Positions 1 through 8,863 of a DNA stretch of 64,000 nt are shown in pieces. The DNA comes from Candidatus Obscuribacteraceae bacterium (GTDB lineage: Bacteria; Cyanobacteriota; Vampirovibrionia; Obscuribacterales; Obscuribacteraceae): assembly GCA_044229845.1 (NCBI GenBank), contig JBGASG010000001.1, positions 576,001-640,000 of the forward strand, given 5' to 3'. Each line of letters starts with the position of its first letter. Position 1 is the first letter of the stretch. The position numbers and the translations under genes are program-made. A model generated the notes under the pieces. That model did not search any database and was not told the origin of the DNA. It was given only the letters and a program-made list of their open reading frames with translations.

Positions 1-939
1 ATTGCCCATGTATTTCGGACCGACCACGTTGTCTTTGACTTGTTGAATGACTAGAAAAATGACCGTGATGATAGTCATGTGGGCGAGGTTATTGCCGGGC
101 GCATGCATGCCGCCGATTGCCACTGCCAGAAGTGCCGGCGCGAAGCCGATGGGCGGACCGATAACCGGCAATATCTCCCATGCCGCTAGAAAGACGCTAA
201 GCACCAGTGCATACTCGACTCCCAGGCACAGATAGATCGCGCCCATCACCAGACCCATGAGGGCGGCGAGCACAATCTGTCCCTTGAAAAATGCCTGCAG
301 TGTGCGGTCCATTTCCATGGCGATTTGATTGAGATCGCCGCGCATTCGTTCTGGAAAAAGCCGAATAATTCCTTCTTTGATGCGGTAACCGTCCATCAGA
401 AAGTAAAACGTCACAACTGAAATCGAAATGCCGTACATGACCCAGGTCGCCGTCGACATGGCTACGTCGCTGACCCGTGACAAAAGAATGCCCGGATCGG
501 GTTTTGGGATGCTGTTGGCGATGTTGGTGAAAATATCAATCGCCTTCACGTCGATGTGGCGCTCGCGTAGCTTCTCCTCGAGCGGACCCAGTTGCGTCAC
601 TACCCATTGAATGAACTCCGGCAGTTTGTTGAATGTGGTCTCAACCATTTGTGTCAACTGCAGAACCAACTGCGGTACGACAAGAAATGCAGCCAGTACG
701 GTGATGATCACAATGCTGGCGTAGACGATGATCACGCAGAGAGCGCGATTGCGCAGGTATTTCTGCAGAAAGTCGACCGCATTGATGAACAGATAAGAAA
801 CAAGAACCGAGATACCTAAAATGCGCAGGATGTCCGCAAAATAACTGCCGATCAAAAACAGTATATAAAGCAGAGCCAGCGCTAAGAGCGCGACGGTCAG
901 TTGCCTCTGAACGAGCTTTAGATCGATGTGGTCCTTCAT
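1..939 (-). CDS. AI-2E family transporter (3' end runs off the window)
   Basis: Not in the ORF track. Read manually from ATG at 939: MKDHIDLKLVQRQLTVALLALALLYILFLIG..., multi-TM, with VTFYFLMDG and IQQVKDNVVGPKYMGN at the window edge, typical AI-2E motifs. Confidence 0.8.
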   Translation of the reverse strand, partial: MKDHIDLKLVQRQLTVALLALALLYILFLIGSYFADILRILGISVLVSYLFINAVDFLQKYLRNRALCVIIVYASIVIITVLAAFLVVPQLVLQLTQMVETTFNKLPEFIQWVVTQLGPLEEKLRERHIDVKAIDIFTNIANSIPKPDPGILLSRVSDVAMSTATWVMYGISISVVTFYFLMDGYRIKEGIIRLFPERMRGDLNQIAMEMDRTLQAFFKGQIVLAALMGLVMGAIYLCLGVEYALVLSVFLAAWEILPVIGPPIGFAPALLAVAIGGMHAPGNNLAHMTIITVIFLVIQQVKDNVVGPKYMGN

Positions 940-952
940 TGTTGTGGTTTCG

Positions 953-1672
953 TCAATGCGTTTGAAGTTTTGCTTTCAAGTAATCGAGTTTGGCTTTGAT
1001 TTCAGCGAAGTCTGGGCTGTCGGGTGGGAAAAGGGGCGCGGCCAGCCGATACTCGAGCAGCGCCTCGTCGGGGCGCGAAACCTGCATCAGCAATTCTGCC
1101 ATGAGCTTATGGTATTTGCCCTCATTTGGTTTGAGAAGCAGCGCCATTTTCAATTCTTCCTCGGCCGCAGGTCCTTGATTCATCTGCATAAGCAATTGGG
1201 CAAGTCGGGAGCGAAACTCGGCATCCATAGGCTGCATGTCTCGTGCTTGTTGAAATTCTGTCCGCGCTTCATCAAGTTTATTTAGACGCTGCAAAATGAT
1301 GCCGTAATTGAAGTGGTAATCAGCACGATTGGAGCGCAATTTGATGGCCAGCGCGGCTTCTTTGGCAGCCTCATCGAGTTTGTTCTGGTCTTTGAGAACC
1401 ACTGCCAGATTGTTGTGTGCCGCCGGACCAGCGGCGAATAAACTAATTGCCTTCCGATATTCTTGTGCTGCTTCTTCCAAGCGGCCTGCCGCTTGCAGCT
1501 TTATGCCGCGCACGTTGCACTCACGGGCCAGGTCCTGCGGATCATTGCTGGCGGCTGGCTGGGACTGAGCCGCTACGGCGCCAATCCACAAGCAGGTACT
1601 CAACAACAGGCAGAGAAGTCCGGTCCTGAGTGTATTTAGTTGCCTATTTTTCTTGAACGTGAACTGGGTCAT
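953..1672 (-). CDS. Secreted tetratricopeptide-repeat protein
   Basis: N-terminal hydrophobic signal; TPR units AAHNNLAVVL...A, DYHFNYGIIL...A. Confidence 0.8.
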   Translation of the reverse strand: MTQFTFKKNRQLNTLRTGLLCLLLSTCLWIGAVAAQSQPAASNDPQDLARECNVRGIKLQAAGRLEEAAQEYRKAISLFAAGPAAHNNLAVVLKDQNKLDEAAKEAALAIKLRSNRADYHFNYGIILQRLNKLDEARTEFQQARDMQPMDAEFRSRLAQLLMQMNQGPAAEEELKMALLLKPNEGKYHKLMAELLMQVSRPDEALLEYRLAAPLFPPDSPDFAEIKAKLDYLKAKLQTH

Positions 1673-1778
1673 TGAGCTTCATTGTGTTGATCTAACTATC
1701 CTGTGCCCAGAAATGCTCCTGCTCATTGCAAGCCGCCGGCAAATGCACGCTAAGATCTGTGGGTGACTGGGGGGCTGC

Positions 1779-2771
1779 ATGAAGCTGAAAGTCGTGGTCG
1801 GTTTATTGGGTCTGTCGGCGTTGTTCAACGTTGCGGGTCTGGTTTTCATGATCGGCTACATTGACGCCCGGGGCGACGTAAAGCAACTCAAGAAGCAGCG
1901 CCAACAGATTGAGCAAAATCTAGCCATGGCGCAGTCCAGCGCCCTGGCTAAAGAACGCACTCCGGGCGGTTCGCCGACTGGCAGCACCAACGCTTCCAAT
2001 CCGGAGTTGGAGCGTTCGATAGAGCGTAAGTTCGCCAGTCATCTCGATGGCGTTGAGGATCAGTTCCGAGTGCTCTTGCCCCAGTGGTCGGGAGGTCCGC
2101 GCGAGTACACGCTGCTTGTCTACTTGCATGGAATGGGTTCGACCGAGCTGGAGCCGTTTCTGGTTCCGTCGGACACTTCGATAGCGCGCGGTCTGACCAG
2201 CGTCGATCGCAACACTTGCATCATCTCTTGCAGCTGCCGCAAAAAGCAGGCGTGGGGCAACGATGCTGCAATTGCCGATATTACGCAGAACATTCGCAAT
2301 GTCATGTATGAGTTGCCGTTCAAGCGCATCGTCATTTGCGGCACCTCGATGGGAGGTTGTACGGCGCTCAATTATGCGGCCAGCGCGCCACCTGATATCA
2401 AAGAGAAAATTTCCGGCATCATCTGTGTGGAGGGCGCTGGAGATGTGGCTGGCATTTATCATCAAACTCATACCGACGTGATTCGCACGGCTATGGCGGA
2501 AGCCTTTGGTGGCACTCCCGAGCAGGTTCCGCAGGTCTATGCGGCCAAGAGTTTCATCAACAAAATCGACAAGGTGCAAGCCGGCACGCGTTTTGCACTG
2601 GTCACCACCAGTGCCGATACCGTGGTGCCAGCAGCGCTGCAAATGGATGTGGTCCAGCGCCTGAAAGCCACCAGTCATCCGGTTAAGCAGTTTGAATTGG
2701 CAGGCGAACATCACGTGCCTCCATGGACTACGTTTGCCGATGCCTATCGATTCGTTTTGAACGGAAATTGA
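1779..2771 (+). CDS. Membrane-anchored alpha/beta hydrolase (esterase-like)
   Basis: N-terminal TM, LVYLHG oxyanion motif, GTSMGG nucleophile elbow, ADTVVP Asp, GEHH His. Confidence 0.75.
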   Translation: MKLKVVVGLLGLSALFNVAGLVFMIGYIDARGDVKQLKKQRQQIEQNLAMAQSSALAKERTPGGSPTGSTNASNPELERSIERKFASHLDGVEDQFRVLLPQWSGGPREYTLLVYLHGMGSTELEPFLVPSDTSIARGLTSVDRNTCIISCSCRKKQAWGNDAAIADITQNIRNVMYELPFKRIVICGTSMGGCTALNYAASAPPDIKEKISGIICVEGAGDVAGIYHQTHTDVIRTAMAEAFGGTPEQVPQVYAAKSFINKIDKVQAGTRFALVTTSADTVVPAALQMDVVQRLKATSHPVKQFELAGEHHVPPWTTFADAYRFVLNGN

Positions 2772-2788
2772 AACACCTGCGAATATAA

Positions 2789-2809
2789 AAATCGTTATAG
2801 ATACGATAA
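2789..2809. promoter_or_regulatory. Candidate NrtR operator upstream of nrtR
   Basis: AAATCGT-TATAGAT-ACGATAA: ATCGT/ACGAT inverted repeat with a GT-N7-AC core, about 70 bp before the nrtR start. Confidence 0.6.
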
Positions 2810-2876
2810 CTGGGTGTTGTACCTGAACTGGTAAAGGGGCAGAATGACGTTATCCAGCCGGTAGCAGCGCGCCAAA

Positions 2877-3554
2877 ATGACCACCGAGAACGCAAAAGTA
2901 ACCGTCGATACCGTAGCATTCGCGGTTCATCAGACCACGCTGGAAGTACTTCTGGTGAAACGGAAGTACGACCCCTTCAAGGCTAGTTGGGCCTTACCGG
3001 GCGGCTTCGTCACCGACCAGGACGAGACCCTCGACCAAGCCGCGGTGCGCGAACTTTACGAAGAGACGAATGTCTCCAACGTTTATCTGGAGCAGCTTTA
3101 TTCGTTTGGCGATCAGGGACGTGACCCGCGCGGGCGGGTGATCACGGTGGCGTATCTGGTGCTGCTGCGCCAGGAAGGCTTGGAGTTGAAGGCCAGCTCT
3201 GATGCCAGCGGCGTTGCCTGGTGGCCTGTCAATGATTTGCCGACACTGGCGTTCGATCACGAGCGCATTATCAACTATGCTTACCAGCGCTTGAAGTATA
3301 AAATCGAATATTCGCCGGCGGCATTCAACTTGATACCAGACAAATTTACTTTGCGCGATCTGCAAACCGTCTATGAAGCAGTACTCGGGCGGCAGATCGA
3401 CAATCGCAACTTTCGCAAGAAGTTTCTCAGTTCGGGAGTTTTGCAAGAGCTGGACGAAACCAGCCAGGAGTCATCCTATCGCCCTGCCCGCCTCTATTCT
3501 TTTTCAGAGGCTGACTTCGAGAAACTGCCGGACCGGCCAGTGTTTGTGTTTTGA
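2877..3554 (+). CDS. nrtR: NrtR, Nudix-related transcriptional regulator (Nudix + winged HTH)
   Basis: WALPGGFV...E...AAVRELYEET Nudix box, RDPRGRVITVAY, LAFDH; C-terminal FTLRDLQTVYEAVLG...NFRKK...RPARLY wHTH. Confidence 0.9.
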   Translation: MTTENAKVTVDTVAFAVHQTTLEVLLVKRKYDPFKASWALPGGFVTDQDETLDQAAVRELYEETNVSNVYLEQLYSFGDQGRDPRGRVITVAYLVLLRQEGLELKASSDASGVAWWPVNDLPTLAFDHERIINYAYQRLKYKIEYSPAAFNLIPDKFTLRDLQTVYEAVLGRQIDNRNFRKKFLSSGVLQELDETSQESSYRPARLYSFSEADFEKLPDRPVFVF

Positions 3555-3593
3555 CTTACCAGTGCGTGCCCCGCTTTCAATGAGGACCAGCGA

Positions 3594-4832
3594 TTGACCA
3601 GGTCGAGGAGAACGAAGCCATTTGCATCACTGATTGCGGCGGCACTGATGGCCTGCACTGCCTGCGGTGCCATGGCTCAACTGCAGACATGGAGTCCTGA
3701 AGCCAGGTCGAAATCTCAAGCTCTGGTTTCTGCCTCGGTTTCGCTCCTGTTGAAGCGCCAATGGGATCTAGCCATCCAGAGTTTGACCAGGGCGACTGTC
3801 GCCGACGGCAGCGATCCGATTGCATTCGAGATGCTGGGATTGGCCCTGGGGGCGCGACACCGATTAAATGAGGCTCTGGACAACTTGCAGCACGCGTACT
3901 CTCTGGAGAAGTCGCCGGAGATCTTGCTCTCCACCGGAATCGTTTACTATCTCGACCATGACTATCAGGCCGCGCTCAACTCATATAGTCGGGCGTTGGA
4001 ACTGAAGTCCAACTGGATAGATATCGCCGGCAACATCGGCTACGCCTATTACCGCCAGGGTGACCTGCCGCGCGCCGAGGAGAACTTTCGGGCGCTGATT
4101 AAAGCTCATCCCAACTGGCAGTTCGGCTACCAGGGACTGGCGACGGTGCAATACTTGCGGGGACAATTTTCAGCCGCTCGCGGCAACGCCATGCATGCCG
4201 AGACCTTGCGCAGTTATGCGCCGACAATGCTTCTGCTGGCGAAGCTGGATATGCTGGAAGGGGACCTGGCTGGTGGAACAAAGCGCGTTTCACTCTACCG
4301 CTCGAAGCTCAAGAAAAATTTTGCCTGGCGCCCGATGACAGAGCTAGGCTTTCCCGTGCAGCGCGACTTCAAATGGGATCCATATATTGCTGATAATTAT
4401 GACAGCGGGACACTGCTTTTGGCTCGCGCCTCCGGCGGCGACGCAAAGAAGCGCGATTCGCTGGCCAAGCAAGGTGGTGCTGATTCTATGATCGCCACCA
4501 TATCTGATGCCCTGCGGGAGTCCCCGAATGATGTGATGCTCTTGCGAGACCTGGGGCTGGCGCAACTGGCTGCCGGGGCTAACGAAGATGCCGCCAAGTC
4601 GTTTTCCCAGGTGCTGCGACTGAGTCCCTCGTGCACGGTCGATCGCCTGCATTTAGCCCGAGCTCTGTCCGGCATGGGCAAAGACCAGGAAGCGGCTGAA
4701 CAAGTCGCTGCCTTTCAGCGTGCCGCACCGCGCGAGAAACTCTCTCCAGCCTTCACATCTTTGCTACAGCAGAAAGGAACCTCAGGCCCTGGTTCCGGCG
4801 GCGGAACAAAAGATAGCGGTTCTGGTTTTTGA
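3594..4832 (+). CDS. Secreted TPR protein
   Basis: TTG start after GAGGA; signal peptide; several TPRs (GIVYYL...A, GNIGYAYYRQG...A). Confidence 0.75.
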   Translation: MTRSRRTKPFASLIAAALMACTACGAMAQLQTWSPEARSKSQALVSASVSLLLKRQWDLAIQSLTRATVADGSDPIAFEMLGLALGARHRLNEALDNLQHAYSLEKSPEILLSTGIVYYLDHDYQAALNSYSRALELKSNWIDIAGNIGYAYYRQGDLPRAEENFRALIKAHPNWQFGYQGLATVQYLRGQFSAARGNAMHAETLRSYAPTMLLLAKLDMLEGDLAGGTKRVSLYRSKLKKNFAWRPMTELGFPVQRDFKWDPYIADNYDSGTLLLARASGGDAKKRDSLAKQGGADSMIATISDALRESPNDVMLLRDLGLAQLAAGANEDAAKSFSQVLRLSPSCTVDRLHLARALSGMGKDQEAAEQVAAFQRAAPREKLSPAFTSLLQQKGTSGPGSGGGTKDSGSGF

Positions 4833-4876
4833 AAACGGCGTTAAAATAGCTCTGACGATTGCGGAGCGAGATCACA

Positions 4877-6208
4877 TTGGTTTCCAACGATCCGACGCCA
4901 AAAGCCTCACGGACGGAAGATTTGCAGGATCCAAACTTCGGTCAGATCAGCGCCGATCTGCTCGACACAAACAAGAGTTATCGCTGCCATGTCTATCGCA
5001 TGTCCGATGAAATGATGCAGGCGCTCACTGAACATACGTCATTCACCGCTAACTTCGATGCGCCGACTATGCGAACTGCGGTCATGGACCTCTGGAAGAA
5101 CCAGGGGACGGTGATTATCGCGATTGAGCGCAACGCCAAGCCGAAGGATATCAGCGTCCGATATCCCAAAGACCGCTGGACGGTTCTAGAGACACTGACT
5201 GTTGAGGCTGAAGGGATGAAACCTTCGGTTAAAACCGAATACGGTGCTGTAAAGCTGGCAGGCAAAGTCTTCACGACCGTAGCCAAGACGCTCAATATTC
5301 CTCCGGACATGATGCCTGAGATTCTCCTGCGCATTAATCTGAAGGACAAAACTTTTGCTGTTATCGCTGAAGAGTGGCTGGCGGAAAAGCTGCCGCCGGA
5401 TGCGATGACAGCTGCAGCGGTAGCCGGTGTATCGGCGACCGCCGCACCAACCGAGATTGCGCCGGAAGTAAGGGCGACCGAAGACCCCGCCCAGTCTGAG
5501 AAACCCGCGGTGCCTGCAGTCGATGAGGCGGCTGATAAAGCTAAGGCGGCATCAAAGTCCAAGGCACCAAAATCAGTATCACCACAGAGTAACGATATGG
5601 ATCAACAACAAAAGTACTCCACGTATTCGCGGAGCGAAGTCGATCAATTGTTGAAACAACAGGCTGAGCAACTGGCTGCCACCCTGGGCGCGAAGATCTC
5701 GCAACAGCAGCGCGCGCTTCAAGAAGCCATGGAGAAGCAGGAGAAGAGCTTTGGACGGATGACTGAGTCGATGTCATCTACGATGGACACGGCGCGCACC
5801 AAACTGGAAACCGCATCTAAGGCGGCGAGCGATCAGACTGCCAAGGACCTGGAAGAGTTCAAAAAGACCCTGGGCAAAGAATTGGAAAATTACCGCGCTT
5901 CCATCAATAAAGCCAGTACGCGAGAGGTCAGCAAACCGGCGGCTGCTGGCGAGAGCACTCCTAAAGTGGAGAAGGCACCGACGACGATTCCGTCTCCTTC
6001 CGGACCGGTCGTGGTAGGTGGTCCGCCGGCTCGCGATCAGGTTGTGATGGCGCTTTTAGTGGCAGCAATCGTTGCTGCCATGGTCAACATGATTACGATC
6101 ATGCTCAGCGTCAGCGACGTGAAAGAACATCTGGTCGGCATCGAGTCCAAACTGAATCAGATGTCTCCAACTACCGCTCCGGGAACAGCGCCCGCCACGC
6201 CCAAGTAG
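4877..6208 (+). CDS. Hypothetical protein with coiled coil and C-terminal TM anchor
   Basis: Long ORF (track start 4859; TTG at 4877 follows GGAG). Ala/Pro linker, Q/E/K coiled coil, hydrophobic VVMALLVAAIVAAMVNMITIML near the C-terminus. Confidence 0.65.
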   Translation: MVSNDPTPKASRTEDLQDPNFGQISADLLDTNKSYRCHVYRMSDEMMQALTEHTSFTANFDAPTMRTAVMDLWKNQGTVIIAIERNAKPKDISVRYPKDRWTVLETLTVEAEGMKPSVKTEYGAVKLAGKVFTTVAKTLNIPPDMMPEILLRINLKDKTFAVIAEEWLAEKLPPDAMTAAAVAGVSATAAPTEIAPEVRATEDPAQSEKPAVPAVDEAADKAKAASKSKAPKSVSPQSNDMDQQQKYSTYSRSEVDQLLKQQAEQLAATLGAKISQQQRALQEAMEKQEKSFGRMTESMSSTMDTARTKLETASKAASDQTAKDLEEFKKTLGKELENYRASINKASTREVSKPAAAGESTPKVEKAPTTIPSPSGPVVVGGPPARDQVVMALLVAAIVAAMVNMITIMLSVSDVKEHLVGIESKLNQMSPTTAPGTAPATPK

Positions 6209-6210
6209 AA

Positions 6211-7464
6211 ATGCCACCACAGGTAGTTATTGTCGGCGGTGGATTTGCCGGTTTGCATGCCGCGCGAGGACTGGCCAGACTGCCGGTCGAAGTAACCATT
6301 GTCGACCGCAAAAACCATCATACTTTTCAGCCGCTCCTCTATCAGGTGGCGACGGCGACCCTGGCTCCTGAGAATATTGCTCAGCCAATCAGATCGATTC
6401 TGCGCGACTACAAAAACGTGAAGGTGTTGCTGGATGAGGTGACCGGCTTTGACCTGGTGAAAAGCGCCGTGCTCTGCAGAAACATCACACTGCCTTTCGA
6501 TTATTTGGTTCTGGCTGCCGGTGCCACCCACTCCTATTTCGGCAACGATATGTGGGAGCAATTTGCGCCCGGACTGAAGACTGTCGAAGATGCACTCGAG
6601 ATCAGGCGGCGGGTGCTTCTGGCTTTTGAATTGGCTGAGCGTCAGGTGGCTGAAACCGGCTCGCACGATCCGCTCAATTTCATCGTCATCGGCGGCGGAC
6701 CTACAGGTGTCGAACTGGCTGGGGCCATTTGTGAAACTTGCAAGATCTACATGAGCCATGAATACAGATTGATAGATCCCGCTAAAGCTCGGGTTCTGCT
6801 CGTGGAGGGACAGGGGCGCATCCTCGGACCGTATCCGGAGGAATTATCCAAAAGCGCGGCGCGGCAACTACAAAGCATGGGTGTCGAGATTCTCACCTCG
6901 ACGCAAGTCGTGGATGTGTGTGCCGATCAGATAGTCACCAAAGAAGCCACCATAAAAGCCGCCGCCATCATCTGGGCCGCCGGTGTGCAGGCGTCTCCGC
7001 TGGGCAAGCTGCTTGGGGTCGAGACTGACCGCCGGGGCTGCGTGATCGTCAACGAGTTTTTGAATCCGCCCGGTCAGGCAAATATCTTTGTTTGCGGGGA
7101 CCTGGCGCACGCGGAAGAAAACGGCAAGCAGCTTCCGGGGGTGGCACCGTGCGCGATGCAGATGGGCGATCATGCGGCTCTCGAAATCGCCGGCGATCTC
7201 AGCGGTAAGCCACGCACCAGGTTTCATTACTTCGACAAGGGGGACATGGCGACGATCGGGCGCCGGCGAGCTGTCGCCGATGTGAAATGGCCTTTCCGTG
7301 CACGTCTGCAAGGCTATCTCGCCTGGCTCTCGTGGCTTTTGATCCACCTGCTGTTTTTGATAGGACTGCGCAATCGTATGATGGTGCTGCTCGAATGGAT
7401 CTGGACGTACTACGCGCGAGGACGCGGCGTCCGCCTGATCACCGACAAGCAGTCTCGTGATTAG
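6211..7464 (+). CDS. ndh: Type II NADH:quinone oxidoreductase
   Basis: VVIVGGGFAG, HTFQPLLYQVAT, GLKTVEDA, IGGGPTGVELAG, WAAGV, DKGDMATIGR motifs. Confidence 0.92.
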   Translation: MPPQVVIVGGGFAGLHAARGLARLPVEVTIVDRKNHHTFQPLLYQVATATLAPENIAQPIRSILRDYKNVKVLLDEVTGFDLVKSAVLCRNITLPFDYLVLAAGATHSYFGNDMWEQFAPGLKTVEDALEIRRRVLLAFELAERQVAETGSHDPLNFIVIGGGPTGVELAGAICETCKIYMSHEYRLIDPAKARVLLVEGQGRILGPYPEELSKSAARQLQSMGVEILTSTQVVDVCADQIVTKEATIKAAAIIWAAGVQASPLGKLLGVETDRRGCVIVNEFLNPPGQANIFVCGDLAHAEENGKQLPGVAPCAMQMGDHAALEIAGDLSGKPRTRFHYFDKGDMATIGRRRAVADVKWPFRARLQGYLAWLSWLLIHLLFLIGLRNRMMVLLEWIWTYYARGRGVRLITDKQSRD

Positions 7465-8060
7465 GACTCAGGCATCGGTTCCGGAGCCAGTTCCTTGGTC
7501 TTTTGCCAGCGTCCGCGATAGTGCAATTTCTTCCACTTCCCGTCTTTCTTAACGAACACATCGGTGATGTTTGATTTTTCGCGAGTCGGGTGTGCACCGC
7601 CTACGGATCTGTAGGCGACGAAAGTGACGACCGCTGTATCACCTGTGACTTTGGCGTACGGCATGTCGATGGTGAATGAGAGCAGAGGATGCTCACCGTC
7701 CGGCTTGTTAGCGGCAAACGATTCTTTCAGGTTGGACAGCACGTTCTCTTTTCCGGAGACGAGTTTATGGGTGTCTTCCTGGAACGTGGTGCAATTGTCG
7801 TCCAAATATTCTTCGTAAGTTTTCAGGTCGCCCGCGGTGTAGGCCTTGACCAGGAGTTGCAAAGTTTCGATTACTTTGGCAGATTCAGGACAGGCTGCAT
7901 GCGGCGAGTGGCATTTGACCTTGCATTCGCCCTCGCCCACCGGCTTGGCGTCGAATTGCGAGGCGTCGATAGCGAATGCTGGAATTGCGAACGACATTAC
8001 AGACAAGGCTGCCGAGAGGGATGCCAAGTGGATTGTCGTTCTTCTTATCATGCGCAGCAC
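7461..8060 (-). CDS. Secreted NTF2/SnoaL-like (DUF4440-type) protein
   Basis: Signal peptide; AYTAGDL...GDTAVVTF...TDVFVKKDGKWKKLHY pattern. Confidence 0.75.
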   Translation of the reverse strand: MLRMIRRTTIHLASLSAALSVMSFAIPAFAIDASQFDAKPVGEGECKVKCHSPHAACPESAKVIETLQLLVKAYTAGDLKTYEEYLDDNCTTFQEDTHKLVSGKENVLSNLKESFAANKPDGEHPLLSFTIDMPYAKVTGDTAVVTFVAYRSVGGAHPTREKSNITDVFVKKDGKWKKLHYRGRWQKTKELAPEPMPES

Positions 8061-8122
8061 CTCATTAAACCGGTCTAGTTTATCAGTAATGATGTCAATT
8101 TGAGCGAGATTTTATCTGTATT

Positions 8123-8416
8123 TCATCTGGCGTTACGCAATGCTGCATCCACGTCGTCGAGCGCCTGATCGACTTGTTTGATGTATTGATCGATGCGCGT
8201 CAGTCGCTGATTCAACCGATCAATTTGTCCCTGCGTCTCCCCGAAGGCTTGCTTCAGTTCTGCTCGTTGAGAGAGCAGTGCGTCGCGCGAACGCTTCAAA
8301 TTGTCCTGCAGATATGGATCGTAGCCCGGGGCGCAAGCCGCACGGGGAGCGATAGTTAAGCCGACAGATAAGCCGATGAGAATAGCCAGACACAGCCATG
8401 CACGATGTGGTTGCAT
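8123..8416 (-). CDS. Small secreted coiled-coil protein
   Basis: AAGGA RBS, signal peptide, heptad-rich helix. Confidence 0.6.
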   Translation of the reverse strand: MQPHRAWLCLAILIGLSVGLTIAPRAACAPGYDPYLQDNLKRSRDALLSQRAELKQAFGETQGQIDRLNQRLTRIDQYIKQVDQALDDVDAALRNAR

Positions 8417-8746
8417 TCGTTATTTCCTTTGCCCCAACCGGCTGCGAACAGTTTCTTCAGCAGCCTCAGCAGAAATTATCGACTCAGCCATGACAACTGT
8501 CTAGCACTTATGTCTCAAAGCAAAGCGCGGAAATTCACGAGCTTTTGCGGCGGCGAATTCAGCGCAAGTTTCGAGGCTCTCTGTTTTCGCTCCGGTTAGT
8601 AGGGCGTAACGTGCATTTTACATTTAATCCAGGGTGCCTTGGTTGTCCCTGATACAGCAATGAGCCATTCCTGTTGATATCCAGACAGAGCTTCGCGCTA
8701 GTCTGGCTTGGCGCTCGCTCTGATTTAATGAATTCCCTGGTACTTG

Positions 8747-8775
8747 TTGACAAAAAGTGCTAAACTGATTATTAG
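8747..8775 (+). promoter_or_regulatory. Sigma70-type promoter of nadCAB
   Basis: Perfect TTGACA at 8747-8752, 17-bp spacer, weak -10 TATTAG at 8770-8775. Confidence 0.5.
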
Positions 8776-8792
8776 CGTAAAACTGACGTTTA
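8772..8792. promoter_or_regulatory. Candidate NrtR operator upstream of nadC
   Basis: TTAGCGT-AAAACTG-ACGTTTA: 21-bp imperfect palindrome with GT-N7-AC core, overlapping the -10 region. Confidence 0.7.
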
Positions 8793-8863
8793 CTTAAAAC
8801 GAATCGCCACGTACGCAGGTCCTTCAAGGAAGTCCACGATATATTCACTGGATAGATGGAATC

